A DNA stretch of 64,000 nt, taken from contig CAXXKJ010000002.1 of the NCBI GenBank assembly GCA_963675295.2, forward strand, positions 128,001 through 192,000, given 5' to 3'. This DNA is from a bacterium. GTDB taxonomy: Bacteria; Electryoneota; Electryoneia; Electryoneales; Electryoneaceae. Positions within the stretch are counted from its first letter, which is position 1, and every line of letters starts with the position of its first letter. The notes beneath the pieces were generated by a model. The model was not told the DNA's origin. It saw only the letters and a program-made list of their open reading frames with translations, and ran no database searches. Shown piece after piece: positions 20,765 through 30,918 of the stretch. Both the position numbers and the translations under genes were made by a program.

Positions 20765-22270
20765 CTACTCTTGCCCCGCCAGCCAGCTGACCCAGCGGTA
20801 CCAGTCGAGCTCCCACGCGTCCACCGCCGCCGCGCGATCCTGTTCGTTGTAGCCTGAATATTCGTACGAATCGAGGATCATCTGCTTGATGTCGGCGAGG
20901 CTCAGGTCCCACGCGCTGGTCGCCGCGACCCAGTCGTAGACCCAGCGGTAGCGCATCATGCCGGGATCGTCCGGGCTGAGCACAATCGGGATGCCACGCG
21001 CGAGGTATTCCACCGCTGGGTGGTTGCGCAGATCGACAACATACCCCAGCGCCTGGTTCGAGATCGGGCAGATTTCGATCGCGATGTCCTGCCGTAGTGC
21101 GCGGTCCATCAGTTCCGGGTGACGCCACATTCCGTAGCCGTGCCCGATCCGTTTCGCGTGCAGCAGGATGGCGTCGTAGAGGTTTGCGTTGTCGAGCCGG
21201 TTGGATTCGCCGGAGTGGATGCACGGCCGCAGCTCGACCCCGAGACTGTCGGCGTAGCGGTGCGCGGCGAGGATTGGCTCGATGAAATCGTAATTGGTCG
21301 CGGCCTTGTCTTCCTCGCTGACGAGATCATAGCCCACAATCAAGTCCGGATACTGCTGCTTCAAATCGACGACGGTGTGCAGGTAATCACGCACGGTGTC
21401 TTCATCATTCCAGCGGGTGATCGCGCCGACCAGCTTGATGTCGAAATTCGGGTGATCCACCCGGATCGAATCGCGCACCTCCATCCAGAACTCGATCACA
21501 CCCTGCGGCGTGCGAGTGGACCCGTCGGCGTTCCGTGCCGCGCCGATGTAAGTGTGAAACTCAACCAGCTGCACATGCTGTTCGGCCAATTCGCGGCAGG
21601 TGTTCATCATGTGCCGCCGCCAGATGGTTGGCTCGGACGCCAGGTTCCACATGCGCGAGAAGTTGTTCTCGAAATGGTCCCAGATATCGCCGTTGTCGTA
21701 ATCCTCGAGGCCGAGGGTGATCGACTCGAGCACGCTGCGGTCGAACGCGTCCACATCTTCCGCCGCCGCGCGCAGATCAACCGCACGCGCCCACTGCGGT
21801 CCGGGCGAGGTGTCGGTCCAGCGCAGCGACCCGTTCGGCAGCCACAGACTGTCCGGGCCCTGGTAGATGTAGACGTGCGGATCGTATGTCGCCTCCAGCA
21901 GCAGGTCAAACGACCCGGTCGCGGAGGGGTGAACGTGCAACATCGCACCCTTCGGCAGCAGCTCCATCACGTTCAGCAGCGGGCTGGCGTCGTACGCTTC
22001 CCGGACTTCGTGGAACCGGTGCGCAGGCGGGTATTGCCACGTTGGCAGGCTGAGCCACTCGGCTTTCATCCGTTGCAGCACACGGTCAGCCGCGCGCTCG
22101 GCTTCGTTCAGCTCGAGCTCGGCGGAACGTCGCCGGGAACGGTCGAGGTCGATCAGAGCCTCGCGGGCGGCGTCGTAGTCGGATCGCTCCAACGGGACCG
22201 GGGTCGATGCGTCAGCCGTTCCGGCCAGCAGGACCGCCAGAAGTGGCAGCAGCAAGCGTATCTTGCGCAT
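20765..22270 (-). CDS. Secreted adenosine deaminase, ADA2/ADGF-like
   Basis: Signal peptide; PKGAMLHVH, GYDLVSEED, HSGES, RIGHG, EICPISNQALGYVVDLRNHP, SPDDPG. Confidence 0.88.
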   Translation of the reverse strand: MRKIRLLLPLLAVLLAGTADASTPVPLERSDYDAAREALIDLDRSRRRSAELELNEAERAADRVLQRMKAEWLSLPTWQYPPAHRFHEVREAYDASPLLNVMELLPKGAMLHVHPSATGSFDLLLEATYDPHVYIYQGPDSLWLPNGSLRWTDTSPGPQWARAVDLRAAAEDVDAFDRSVLESITLGLEDYDNGDIWDHFENNFSRMWNLASEPTIWRRHMMNTCRELAEQHVQLVEFHTYIGAARNADGSTRTPQGVIEFWMEVRDSIRVDHPNFDIKLVGAITRWNDEDTVRDYLHTVVDLKQQYPDLIVGYDLVSEEDKAATNYDFIEPILAAHRYADSLGVELRPCIHSGESNRLDNANLYDAILLHAKRIGHGYGMWRHPELMDRALRQDIAIEICPISNQALGYVVDLRNHPAVEYLARGIPIVLSPDDPGMMRYRWVYDWVAATSAWDLSLADIKQMILDSYEYSGYNEQDRAAAVDAWELDWYRWVSWLAGQE

Positions 22271-22429
22271 GGTGTTCTCCAGAATCGAGGTGTCGTGAAA
22301 GAAAACCGGCTCCGAATCCCGGTCCAAGACGCCGAAGACGTGAATCAGATGGGCCGGAGCCCTGTTGCGTCCCGGGGGCAAACGTTATCTTGCCGCAACC
22401 TCGCCGCAGTTCAGGCGTGATCCTGAAGG

Positions 22430-24760
22430 ATGGAAACGGTTCAACACGGCAGCGCTCAGATAATCATGGACAAGATTTCCGCCTCACCACCGGCCCACTC
22501 GCCGTCCGCCGCCCCTTGGCTGCGGATCGTGGGGTATGCCGCGGCGGCGGTGGTGTTCGTGCTGTTGCGATGGACACACATCGAAGCGATGCTGATCAGC
22601 CCCGTCGCGCAAATCCCGATCATCGACTCGAAATACTACCTCGAATGGGGTATGCGGATCGCGTCCGGCCTGGGCCTCGGCGTCCATCCCTTTTTCATGA
22701 GCCCGCTGTACCCGTTGTTCATTTCGCTGGCGGGTTCCATCGGGGACGGCTTCACCGCCAGCACGCTGCACCTGCAACTGCTGCTGTCGCTGGGCACAAT
22801 GCTGCTGATCGGGCGGTTCACGTCGAAAAGGGTCAACCATCCCCTCGCCGGACCGTTCGCGGCACTGCTGTTCTCGTTGTATGCTCCGGCGGTTTACTTC
22901 GACGGCGCGTTGATTTCCGCCAGCCTGATCTTGTTCCTGACCATGGTCGCATTGACGTTGCTGGAACCGCCCACCTCCTTTAGCCACGGACTAAAGTCCG
23001 TGGTAAGTGGCCTATCAAAGCACGGGGGAAGCGACAACGGAGACCCGTCCGGTTCTGCCCCTGCTGCCAATACGACGGCTGCTTCTGCTGCCAATACGAC
23101 GGCTGCCTCTGCTGCCAACGCTATTATTACCACGGACTTTAGTCCGTGGCGTCTGGGTTGGTGGCGGATTGCGGGCGCAGGTGTGGCGATCGGGTTGAGT
23201 GCACTAGCCCGGCCGAACGCGCTGATACTGCTGCCGGCGTTCGGGTTGCTGTTTCTCTGGTGGGCGTGGCGCGGAAAACACACCGACGATCGTCAGCGGG
23301 CGGATCATCCGCGTCCGCAAGCGGACACGGGCACGTCATCACTGTCCGTTCTTTCGTACAGACGGGCCGTGCTGTGGTTCGTCATTCTGACTGCGGCGAC
23401 GGTCGCCGTCATCTTCCCGGCGATGCTGCGGAACGTGCGGCTCGGGGGCGAGTTCAGCCTGACGACCTCCTCCGCCGGGATGAACTTCTTCGTCGGCAAC
23501 CACGAACAGTCGATCGGGTTATACACCGAGGTGCCGTGGTTGCTGAGCGCGGAGCCGGCGGACGAAGCCGAGGGCTACCGTCAGGAGGCGATGCGCCGCA
23601 CCGGCCAGCCGTTGACCGACCTCGCGGCGTCACGGTACTGGTTCGGCGAGGCGTTGGAATGGATTGTGCACAACCCGCTCGACTGGCTCGCGCTGGAAGC
23701 GAAGAAGCTGGCGTGGTTTTTCCATAACGAAGAGCCGCCGAATAACGTCAGCTTCTATGGCGTCGCCGAGTATTCACCGGTGCTCCGTGCGCTCGGCTGG
23801 TTCCGCTTCGGGGTACTGTTCGCGTTCGCACTGCCGGCGCTGCTGTTCTTCGGTGGCTGGCGCATGCACCTGCCGCGGGTGCTGGTTCTGGCGTACCTCG
23901 TGGCCAACCTGCTGTTTTTCGTCGCCGGCGAATACCGCTACCCGATTGTCGGCGTGCTGATCCCGCTTGCAGTGATGACGATCTTCCGCATTGCGGGCTG
24001 GATCCGTGCTCGTGACCCGATCCCCGCGCTGCGTACCGGGATCCTCGTGCTGGTGCTGATCCTGGTGACACACATCCCATACACGACCATGCGCACCATC
24101 GCCTCGAGCGAAACCGATTACTTCAACTGGGGATCGGTGTCATACGCGAACGGTGACCTTACAAATGCGTCCCTGCTCTTCTCTGCCGCGTTGGCTGAAC
24201 GGCCGGGTTGGGAAGAGGCGCACCTGCAACTGGCGTTCGTGTTCCGCGACATGGGGCTGCACGACATGGCGGAGCAGGAGTTTTCTGCCGCCGGGGTGAC
24301 AGAGTCCGATCTCGAACAACTGGCGGCCCAGGACGAGATGGCCGAACAGTGGTTCGGGATCGCAACGCTTGACACCATGAGCGCGGACGCCCTCGCCGCC
24401 CTCGCCGCGCAGTTCAACATTCTCGACCGGCATAATGCGGCCTACAGCGCGGCGACCCGCGCGTTGGAGAAAGATTCGACCAACGCCCGCGCGGCTTTTG
24501 AACAGGCTTTCGCGCAAGAGAACAGGGGACGGGTGCATGCTGCGATTGAGATGTATGAACGGTTGGAGGTCAAACGGCGGAACGATCCGATGATTCCATA
24601 CCGGATCGCGTGGTGCTACTACGTTCTCGGCCAGGGCACAAAAGCACAGCAATCGCTGGCGCGTGCACGATCAAAAACGCAGCAGCTCCCGCCGGGCGAG
24701 TATCGCGACGCCTGGTTGAAAAAAGTGGATGAGGCCGTGTTGACGCTGGGGAATTACTAG
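22430..24760 (+). CDS. GT-C fold (PMT/ArnT-like, GT39) membrane glycosyltransferase with C-terminal TPR repeats; carries in-frame palindrome insertions
   Basis: DSKYY, PFFMSPLYP, LARPN, GMNFFVGN, EYRYP, many TM segments and TPR-like tail; start could be ATG 22466. Confidence 0.8.
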   Translation: METVQHGSAQIIMDKISASPPAHSPSAAPWLRIVGYAAAAVVFVLLRWTHIEAMLISPVAQIPIIDSKYYLEWGMRIASGLGLGVHPFFMSPLYPLFISLAGSIGDGFTASTLHLQLLLSLGTMLLIGRFTSKRVNHPLAGPFAALLFSLYAPAVYFDGALISASLILFLTMVALTLLEPPTSFSHGLKSVVSGLSKHGGSDNGDPSGSAPAANTTAASAANTTAASAANAIITTDFSPWRLGWWRIAGAGVAIGLSALARPNALILLPAFGLLFLWWAWRGKHTDDRQRADHPRPQADTGTSSLSVLSYRRAVLWFVILTAATVAVIFPAMLRNVRLGGEFSLTTSSAGMNFFVGNHEQSIGLYTEVPWLLSAEPADEAEGYRQEAMRRTGQPLTDLAASRYWFGEALEWIVHNPLDWLALEAKKLAWFFHNEEPPNNVSFYGVAEYSPVLRALGWFRFGVLFAFALPALLFFGGWRMHLPRVLVLAYLVANLLFFVAGEYRYPIVGVLIPLAVMTIFRIAGWIRARDPIPALRTGILVLVLILVTHIPYTTMRTIASSETDYFNWGSVSYANGDLTNASLLFSAALAERPGWEEAHLQLAFVFRDMGLHDMAEQEFSAAGVTESDLEQLAAQDEMAEQWFGIATLDTMSADALAALAAQFNILDRHNAAYSAATRALEKDSTNARAAFEQAFAQENRGRVHAAIEMYERLEVKRRNDPMIPYRIAWCYYVLGQGTKAQQSLARARSKTQQLPPGEYRDAWLKKVDEAVLTLGNY
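22984..23149. repeat. Inverted pair of family B palindromes (CCACGGACTAAAGTCCGTGG) enclosing a 24-bp tandem repeat, inside a CDS
   Basis: Copies at 22984-23003 and 23130-23149; intergenic relatives at 43284-43303, 46541-46560 and 63563-63582. Confidence 0.9.
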
Positions 24761-24769
24761 CGGGACCGC

Positions 24770-26293
24770 TTACTCACCGTCTTTGTCACTTTTCGACTCA
24801 GACGGGCGATCTGTTTTCTCCGATCCACCCAGTTCCTCGTGAAGATCAAGGATTTTCATCCCTGCCGCATAGTCGATTGCTTTCAACTCACGCAGCTGGT
24901 GCGTTTTATCGACCAGTTCACGGATGCGCTTGATGTGAGTGAAGATTTTGTTGACGTGCTGCCGTGCGTCCGGATTCTCCGTCGTCTGCATCGCCAGCAT
25001 TTCGGTGGCGACACGGATCACCGCCAGCGGAGTGTTGAATTCGTGAGACAGCGTCGCGCCGAGCCGGTTGATTGTTTCCAGTTCCTCAATTCGGCGCTGG
25101 CGTTGTTCTTCCTCGATTCGTGCGCGCAGGTCGTGCATCACCACCATCAGCCGCACCACGTTGCCAATGCTGATCGTGCTCAGGTTGATTTCGGCGGGGA
25201 ATTCGGTGCCATCCGGCAGTAGGTGCGTCCATTCGAAGCGGTGGAACCCGTTCTTGTAGGCCTTTTCAACCATCTCGTACGCTTTTTCCTCGGAACGACG
25301 ACCGTCCGGCTGGAATTCCGGCGAATACTCGCCGGGGTGATGACCGATCATCTCTTCCTTGGTCCGCGCATACATCTTCTCCGTCGCCGGGTTGCAGTCG
25401 ATGATCCCGTGTTCGTCGATGATCATGAACGGGTACGGAGTCTGCTCGAACATCAGCCGGAAGGTTTCTTCCGTCGCCGCGCGTTCGGTAATGTCGCTGA
25501 CGACACCGATTCGCCGGACAACCTTGCCGGTGTTATCCTTTTCCGGTTCGACTCGATGCAGAATCAGCCGCTGGGCGCCGTCCGGACGGCGAATCCGCAG
25601 CTTCAGCTCGTAGGATTTGCCCTCCTCAATCGACATGCGCTCGTGCTTAACGAACTCTTCCTGGTCGGCGGGATGCACCAGCCCGAGCCGTACATCCTTG
25701 TCCGGCACGATTTCCACCGGCTCGAAGCCGAAGATGCGGTACAATTGATCCGACCAGACGAAGTGATCCTGGCCCGGTTCATGTTCCCAGCTGCCAACAT
25801 TGGCGACGCGTTCCGCCTTGGACAGCATTTGCCGGTAGCGGTTCAGCTCGAGCGTGCGTTCGAGGACAACGTCTTTCAGTGGACGGCGGGGCATGTTGCG
25901 CATCTTGCGCTTGAGACGTACGAGCAGAAATGCGCTGGCGCCAACCAGCATCAGGAACAGCAGGAAGAAAGCGAGATCGCCGTACACCCCTTCCAGGTCA
26001 GCGGCGAGCTGGATGGAGGAATTGGTTTCGGGTGCGGGCAGGCGCAGCCGGGCTGTGAGTTTGCCGAGGATGCCCAGTTGGATTGGTAAGGTGGCCAGGG
26101 TCCAGAGCGCGGATCGTAATAAACGGTTCAGAGTGTTCCCGTCAGTGCATGTCTGCCTGTTGGTGGCCCCCGAAAATACTGTCCACATAACGATCTCCCA
26201 CGGTTGCCCGTAGTATACGCCATGGAACGGACATGGGGAAAGTAATGAGAATTGCATTGAGCTTGCACTCATGCCTCTCCCGATTGTAACCAC
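24770..26293 (-). CDS. Membrane PAS/PAC sensor ending in a HisKA dimerization domain, with no HATPase domain; start uncertain
   Basis: TM helices; GSWE...WSDQLYRIFG; two PAS domains; TLSHEFNTPLAVI; stop codon ~70 aa later with no N/G1/G2 boxes. Confidence 0.8.
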   Translation of the reverse strand: MVTIGRGMSASSMQFSLLSPCPFHGVYYGQPWEIVMWTVFSGATNRQTCTDGNTLNRLLRSALWTLATLPIQLGILGKLTARLRLPAPETNSSIQLAADLEGVYGDLAFFLLFLMLVGASAFLLVRLKRKMRNMPRRPLKDVVLERTLELNRYRQMLSKAERVANVGSWEHEPGQDHFVWSDQLYRIFGFEPVEIVPDKDVRLGLVHPADQEEFVKHERMSIEEGKSYELKLRIRRPDGAQRLILHRVEPEKDNTGKVVRRIGVVSDITERAATEETFRLMFEQTPYPFMIIDEHGIIDCNPATEKMYARTKEEMIGHHPGEYSPEFQPDGRRSEEKAYEMVEKAYKNGFHRFEWTHLLPDGTEFPAEINLSTISIGNVVRLMVVMHDLRARIEEEQRQRRIEELETINRLGATLSHEFNTPLAVIRVATEMLAMQTTENPDARQHVNKIFTHIKRIRELVDKTHQLRELKAIDYAAGMKILDLHEELGGSEKTDRPSESKSDKDGE

Positions 26294-26369
26294 GGGTGGC
26301 TTTTCACTGTCCTTGATTTAGCCCCTCGCATTCGGTGTGGGTGCGCTCCGTCAATTCCTGGACCTGCCT

Positions 26370-28634
26370 ATGCGCCATGTATCGACTGGTTTGTTGTTGT
26401 TCGTTCTGTTGGTTACTGCAGCGGTTGCCGGAGCCCGTTCCACTGAATCACCCCTGCCGGATCCACACGAACTACCGTACCGCATTCCACTCCTCCAGGG
26501 CGAGGTGTCAGCCGATGGCGTGTTGGACGAATCCGTCTGGTCGGACGCTCTGGTGATGAAGCTGGAATACGAAGTCCGCCCGGGCGAAAATGTTCCGCCG
26601 CCGGTGGAAACCGAAGTGTTGCTCGCGTACGGTGAGTCGGACCTGTTCGTCGCGTTCAAGGCGTACGATCCCAACCCCGGCGAGATTCGCGCACGGATGC
26701 GTGACCGCGACGAAATCGGTTCGGACGACTGGGTCGCGATCAACCTCGACACGTTCAATGATGCCCGCCAATCGTTCCTGTTGATGTGCAACCCGTTCGG
26801 CGTCCAGTCCGATTTCACCGAAGTAACCGGCGGCGGCGGGTCGGAATGGGACACAATCTGGGACAGCGGCGGCCGGATTCACGACTGGGGCTACGCGGTC
26901 GAAATGGTGATCCCGTTCAGCTCGCTGCGGTTCCAGCGCAGTGCGGAAGACCAGATCTGGGGCGTCGACGCGATCCGTTCCTACCCGCGGAACGTACGCC
27001 ACCACATCGGCCTCTTTCCCCGTGACCGCGACAACAACTGCTACCTCTGCCAGGCGACGAAAATCGTCGGCTTCGCCGGTGCCGACCCGGGCCGCAGCAT
27101 TGAGATTGATCCGACCATCTCCGGTATTGTCGCACAGCAACGCGAGGACAGCGATTACGGTCCCTTCGACGACGGCGACCACGACCTGAACGCCGGCTTC
27201 ACCGCCCGCTGGGGCATTACGCCGAACATCACGCTGGCGTCCACGTACAACCCGGACTTCTCGCAGATCGAATCGGACGTCTTCCAACTTGATGTCAACA
27301 CCCGTTGGGCGTTGTTCTACCCGGAACGGCGGCCCTTCTTCCTCGAGGGCAACGATTTCTTCAGCTCCCATGACCGGCTGGTGTACACGCGTACTGTCGC
27401 CGACCCGATCTGGGGCGCGAAGATCACCGGCAAGGAAGGGGCAAACGGAATCGGGGTTTTCGTCGCGCAGGATGAGTATACATCGATGCTGTTCCCTTCT
27501 TCGGAGGGATCGGAAATCGAATCGCTGGAACGCAACAGCATGACGGGCGTCGTTCGTTACAAGCGGGATGTGGGCGAATCATCGTATATCGGGGCGACGG
27601 TGACGGACCGCGAATCAATGAACGATCCGAACGGGGAACATTACGGCAACCGTGTCGGCAGCCTCGACGCCACCATCGACATCAACCAGAACAACCGGCT
27701 CAAGCTGCAACTGATGAACAGCTGGACCGAATACCCGGCCAACATACAGGAGAATTACGAACAGGACGCGTCCATCAGCGGCGAGGGTACGCGTGCGGTC
27801 TACATCCACGACACCCGCAGCTGGGACTCCTGGGCCTATTCGGTGCGCCGCCATCCGGATTTTCGTGCGGACGCCGGGTTCATCAACATGACCGACGCCG
27901 CCACCTACGGCTCCGGCACCGATTATACGTTCTACAGCGACGCTGACAACTGGTACAGCAGCATCGGGATCGGATCGGAAGCCGAAGTCACCAGCACCTA
28001 CGATCACAGCCGGCCGCTCGAACGGCAGATCAACGGGTATCTCTGGGGCAACGGTCCGATGCAGTCGTGGGTCAATTTCTGGGGCGAGTTCGAACGCACC
28101 TGGTACGAAGGCGACGAATACATCACCGACAGCATGTGGTTGAGTGGCGGCTTCTTTCCGCATCCGAACCTGTACACCGACCTTGGCTTCGGTTTAGGCA
28201 AGGATATCGACTACAGCAACAACCGGCCCGGCGTCTTCTGGGAAATCGAATCTGAGATTCAGTGGCTTGCGGGCCGGAACCTGCGAATCGACCTGAGCCA
28301 TACGTACAACCAGCTGGAAACCCGGCCGGGCCGGCTCTACGCGGCGAACATCAGCCGCATCCGCTGCGTCTACCAGTTCAATCGCCGCATGTTCGTACGC
28401 GCAATTGTGCAGAACGTGCATTACGATTTCAACAAATCCGTGTATGATGACCCGGATGACGTCGACGATGTCTACCAGCGCATCGCCTCGCAGTTGTTGT
28501 TCAGCTACACAGTAAACCCGCAAACCGTTATCTATATCGGGTATTCGGACAACATTCGCGCGTATGATAACAACCCGTTGGCGCAAACGGATCGCGTCTT
28601 CTTCTTCAAGCTCGGTTACGCCTGGGTGCTGTGA
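26370..28634 (+). CDS. CBM9-like / DUF5916 outer-membrane beta-barrel protein
   Basis: Signal peptide, DGVLDE..W, LDTFND, NPFGVQ, NPDFSQIESD, YPERRPFFLEG, C-terminal FFKLGYAW. Confidence 0.82.
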   Translation: MRHVSTGLLLFVLLVTAAVAGARSTESPLPDPHELPYRIPLLQGEVSADGVLDESVWSDALVMKLEYEVRPGENVPPPVETEVLLAYGESDLFVAFKAYDPNPGEIRARMRDRDEIGSDDWVAINLDTFNDARQSFLLMCNPFGVQSDFTEVTGGGGSEWDTIWDSGGRIHDWGYAVEMVIPFSSLRFQRSAEDQIWGVDAIRSYPRNVRHHIGLFPRDRDNNCYLCQATKIVGFAGADPGRSIEIDPTISGIVAQQREDSDYGPFDDGDHDLNAGFTARWGITPNITLASTYNPDFSQIESDVFQLDVNTRWALFYPERRPFFLEGNDFFSSHDRLVYTRTVADPIWGAKITGKEGANGIGVFVAQDEYTSMLFPSSEGSEIESLERNSMTGVVRYKRDVGESSYIGATVTDRESMNDPNGEHYGNRVGSLDATIDINQNNRLKLQLMNSWTEYPANIQENYEQDASISGEGTRAVYIHDTRSWDSWAYSVRRHPDFRADAGFINMTDAATYGSGTDYTFYSDADNWYSSIGIGSEAEVTSTYDHSRPLERQINGYLWGNGPMQSWVNFWGEFERTWYEGDEYITDSMWLSGGFFPHPNLYTDLGFGLGKDIDYSNNRPGVFWEIESEIQWLAGRNLRIDLSHTYNQLETRPGRLYAANISRIRCVYQFNRRMFVRAIVQNVHYDFNKSVYDDPDDVDDVYQRIASQLLFSYTVNPQTVIYIGYSDNIRAYDNNPLAQTDRVFFFKLGYAWVL

Positions 28635-29219
28635 CGATATTCGCGTCGTTCTCTCGCCCGGCGGCGAAATGACTGCACCCCCTGTCGCAAAAAATGCACG
28701 ATCGAAATCCGTGAGAATCGTCACGGATCGGCTGAAGCCCCCGTATGACGGGGGTTCAAGGCGAAAAACCGTGCCAGCCTTGCAGACGACGCTGCACATT
28801 CTGCACAGACAGCCCCGCCAGAACCGAGAGAAATCGGCCCTTCTGCAAATTTTCTCCAGAAGCCTGCACTGCTTGCATGGACCCGCCTTGGATTTTCGGT
28901 GTTTTTCCCTGACATCCGTTTGTTGAGAGCGCTCTCCTGAAGATATTCGTGCCGCGAACTCCGCTCCGCCGCCCGGATACGCGACCATTCCCGAAATATC
29001 CCAACCTGAGAAGCCGGATCTGGCCTTGAACTTGCTTTTGCATGGTGTGGATACAGGGCAGTACGGTGGAATAGTCTGGGACACACGCCCGCGTGCACCG
29101 CGTAGTTGATGGAGTTGCTGGCTGCACGGACAATGACGCCCTCGCTGGAGGTGGGAGACCAGCAGGTCGGTCACGGACGTGGCGTCACGGATCACTCGCC
29201 TGAAAGGAGGGTCGGTTCC

Positions 29220-29432
29220 ATGACACTGCGACCTCAGGAGTACCGGCGGCGAATCCGCATGGTTCGTGGCCGGAGTGGCACGAATGGAGGAACGTGCGTC
29301 ACCTGCGGCAAGCAGACGAGTTGGCGGTCGGTCAACAATCGCTGCCGCACCTGTGAGATGGACGACGTCAAGACTCGAACGCCGATGTGGGTCGAGCGTG
29401 AGATTCTGATGGCGACGACCAACACGGATTGA
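29220..29432 (+). CDS. Small (70 aa) putative zinc-ribbon protein
   Basis: AAGGAGG at 29204-29210 before the ATG; CVTC and CRTC pairs; hairpin with T-tail at 29489-29520. Confidence 0.55.
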   Translation: MTLRPQEYRRRIRMVRGRSGTNGGTCVTCGKQTSWRSVNNRCRTCEMDDVKTRTPMWVEREILMATTNTD

Positions 29433-29488
29433 TGTTGAGCCGGTGACACACCCAATGTGAAATGTACCTCCCGAGTGTGTTGTCTGTA

Positions 29489-29520
29489 CCCCGTACGTTC
29501 CCGCGTGCGGGGCGTTTTTT
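29489..29520 (+). terminator. Intrinsic terminator
   Basis: CCCCGTACG-TTCCCG-CGTGCGGGG followed by a T-run. Confidence 0.6.
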
Positions 29521-29669
29521 GTCCGTTCCCGCCGAGCCCCGGAGACGGTCATTCCACCCGAGGCGCACCCGCCTGGAGTCCCTACTTTTGCGCCAGACTC
29601 AGATGTGTTCATGTTAGCCGGGAAACCCGTCACGTCAACCGGCGTGCAACGGGCAGGAGGAATTTACTG

Positions 29670-30485
29670 ATGAAACGTCGCCTGTCATTCATTTCACCGC
29701 TGCTGGCCATGCTGCTGTTTGTCGCCGCCTGTTCCCAGGTCGCGTTGACCGGACGCAACCAGCTCACGATGATCCCGGAATCGCAGCTCAACGCGATGAG
29801 CTTCAGCGAGTACGATAATCTGCTCAGCGAATACGAAGTCGAGGAGGGCACGCCGGACGCGAAGCTGGTGAAAACCGTCGGGGTACGCATCAAGAACGCG
29901 GTCGAGAAGTATTTCGCCGACGAAGGCATGAGCGACCAGCTGGACGGCTATGAGTGGGAAGTGAATCTGCTGGTGGACGACGAAACAGTCAACGCGTTCT
30001 GCATGCCCGGCGGCAAGGTCGGCGTCTTTACCGGCATGATGGACATCGCAGAAACGCCCGGCCAGCTGGCGACCGTGATGGGACATGAGGTTGCGCACGC
30101 CATCGCACACCATGGCAACGAACGCATGAGCCAGCAGCTGATTACGTCGCTGGGTGGTGTCGCCCTTGCCGTTGCGTTGCGTGACAAGCCGCAGGAAACC
30201 CAGATGATTGCGCTGGCGGCGTTCGGTCTCGGCACGCAGATCGGCATCCTGCTCCCCTACAGCCGGACCCATGAATCCGAAGCGGACCACCTCGGCCTGA
30301 TCTTCATGGCGATGGCCGGCTACGATCCGCATGAGGCTGTCGACTTCTGGGAGAACATGGCGGCGATGGGCGGCGCGGCCCCGCCGGAATGGCTGAGCAC
30401 GCACCCGTCGCACGAAACCCGCATCGAGAACCTCAACGAGTGGATGCCGGAAGCGATGCAATATTACCAGAATAGCAACAATTAA
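29670..30485 (+). CDS. M48 family (YfgC/LoiP-like) zinc metalloprotease lipoprotein
   Basis: Lipobox VAAC, NAFCMPGGK, GHEVAH, YSRTHESEAD, LSTHPS; AGGAGG RBS. Confidence 0.93.
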   Translation: MKRRLSFISPLLAMLLFVAACSQVALTGRNQLTMIPESQLNAMSFSEYDNLLSEYEVEEGTPDAKLVKTVGVRIKNAVEKYFADEGMSDQLDGYEWEVNLLVDDETVNAFCMPGGKVGVFTGMMDIAETPGQLATVMGHEVAHAIAHHGNERMSQQLITSLGGVALAVALRDKPQETQMIALAAFGLGTQIGILLPYSRTHESEADHLGLIFMAMAGYDPHEAVDFWENMAAMGGAAPPEWLSTHPSHETRIENLNEWMPEAMQYYQNSNN

Positions 30486-30918
30486 CCCAATCGGAATGGT
30501 CCTGGGCGGACGTTAAGCGCCTGATAAATCAGAAAAACGCCAAATAAACTTCTTTTGCAGCGGCGCTCAGCTTTGGGCTCGACAGGTGGCTCCAGTCTTG
30601 CTCTCAAAAAAGTGGTCTCCACCGGAGACTGCGCCAAAGCGCTCAGCTTGTGAAACACATCGCAAAACCGGGTAATAACCAGCGATTATCAGCTTTATCC
30701 TACATCGTTATCGATTGTATTGGAGCTGCCGAAACCGCAGACGACCGCTTTCAAACAATACACTCCAACTTCCCCCCGTTGTACCTTGCTTTACCGGCTG
30801 TTTTTGTACGACAATTGTCTGGTGTCCAGGTTTGACTTGGACAATGGATTCTATCCGGCGTTCCGGGTACGCGGCGAATCCAAGGAGCTGCTACTGTTCG
30901 ACTGCGATGGAGATGGAC

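Noticed and set aside
12900-20824. Diversity-generating retroelement TR/VR pairs for the two 3'-end duplications
   Set aside because: Mismatches are not adenine-specific but fall at third codon positions, and there is no reverse transcriptase in the window.
28640-29200. Riboswitch or ncRNA in the long spacer
   Set aside because: Only isolated hairpins are visible and no family consensus was recognised; an Rfam/Infernal scan would be needed.
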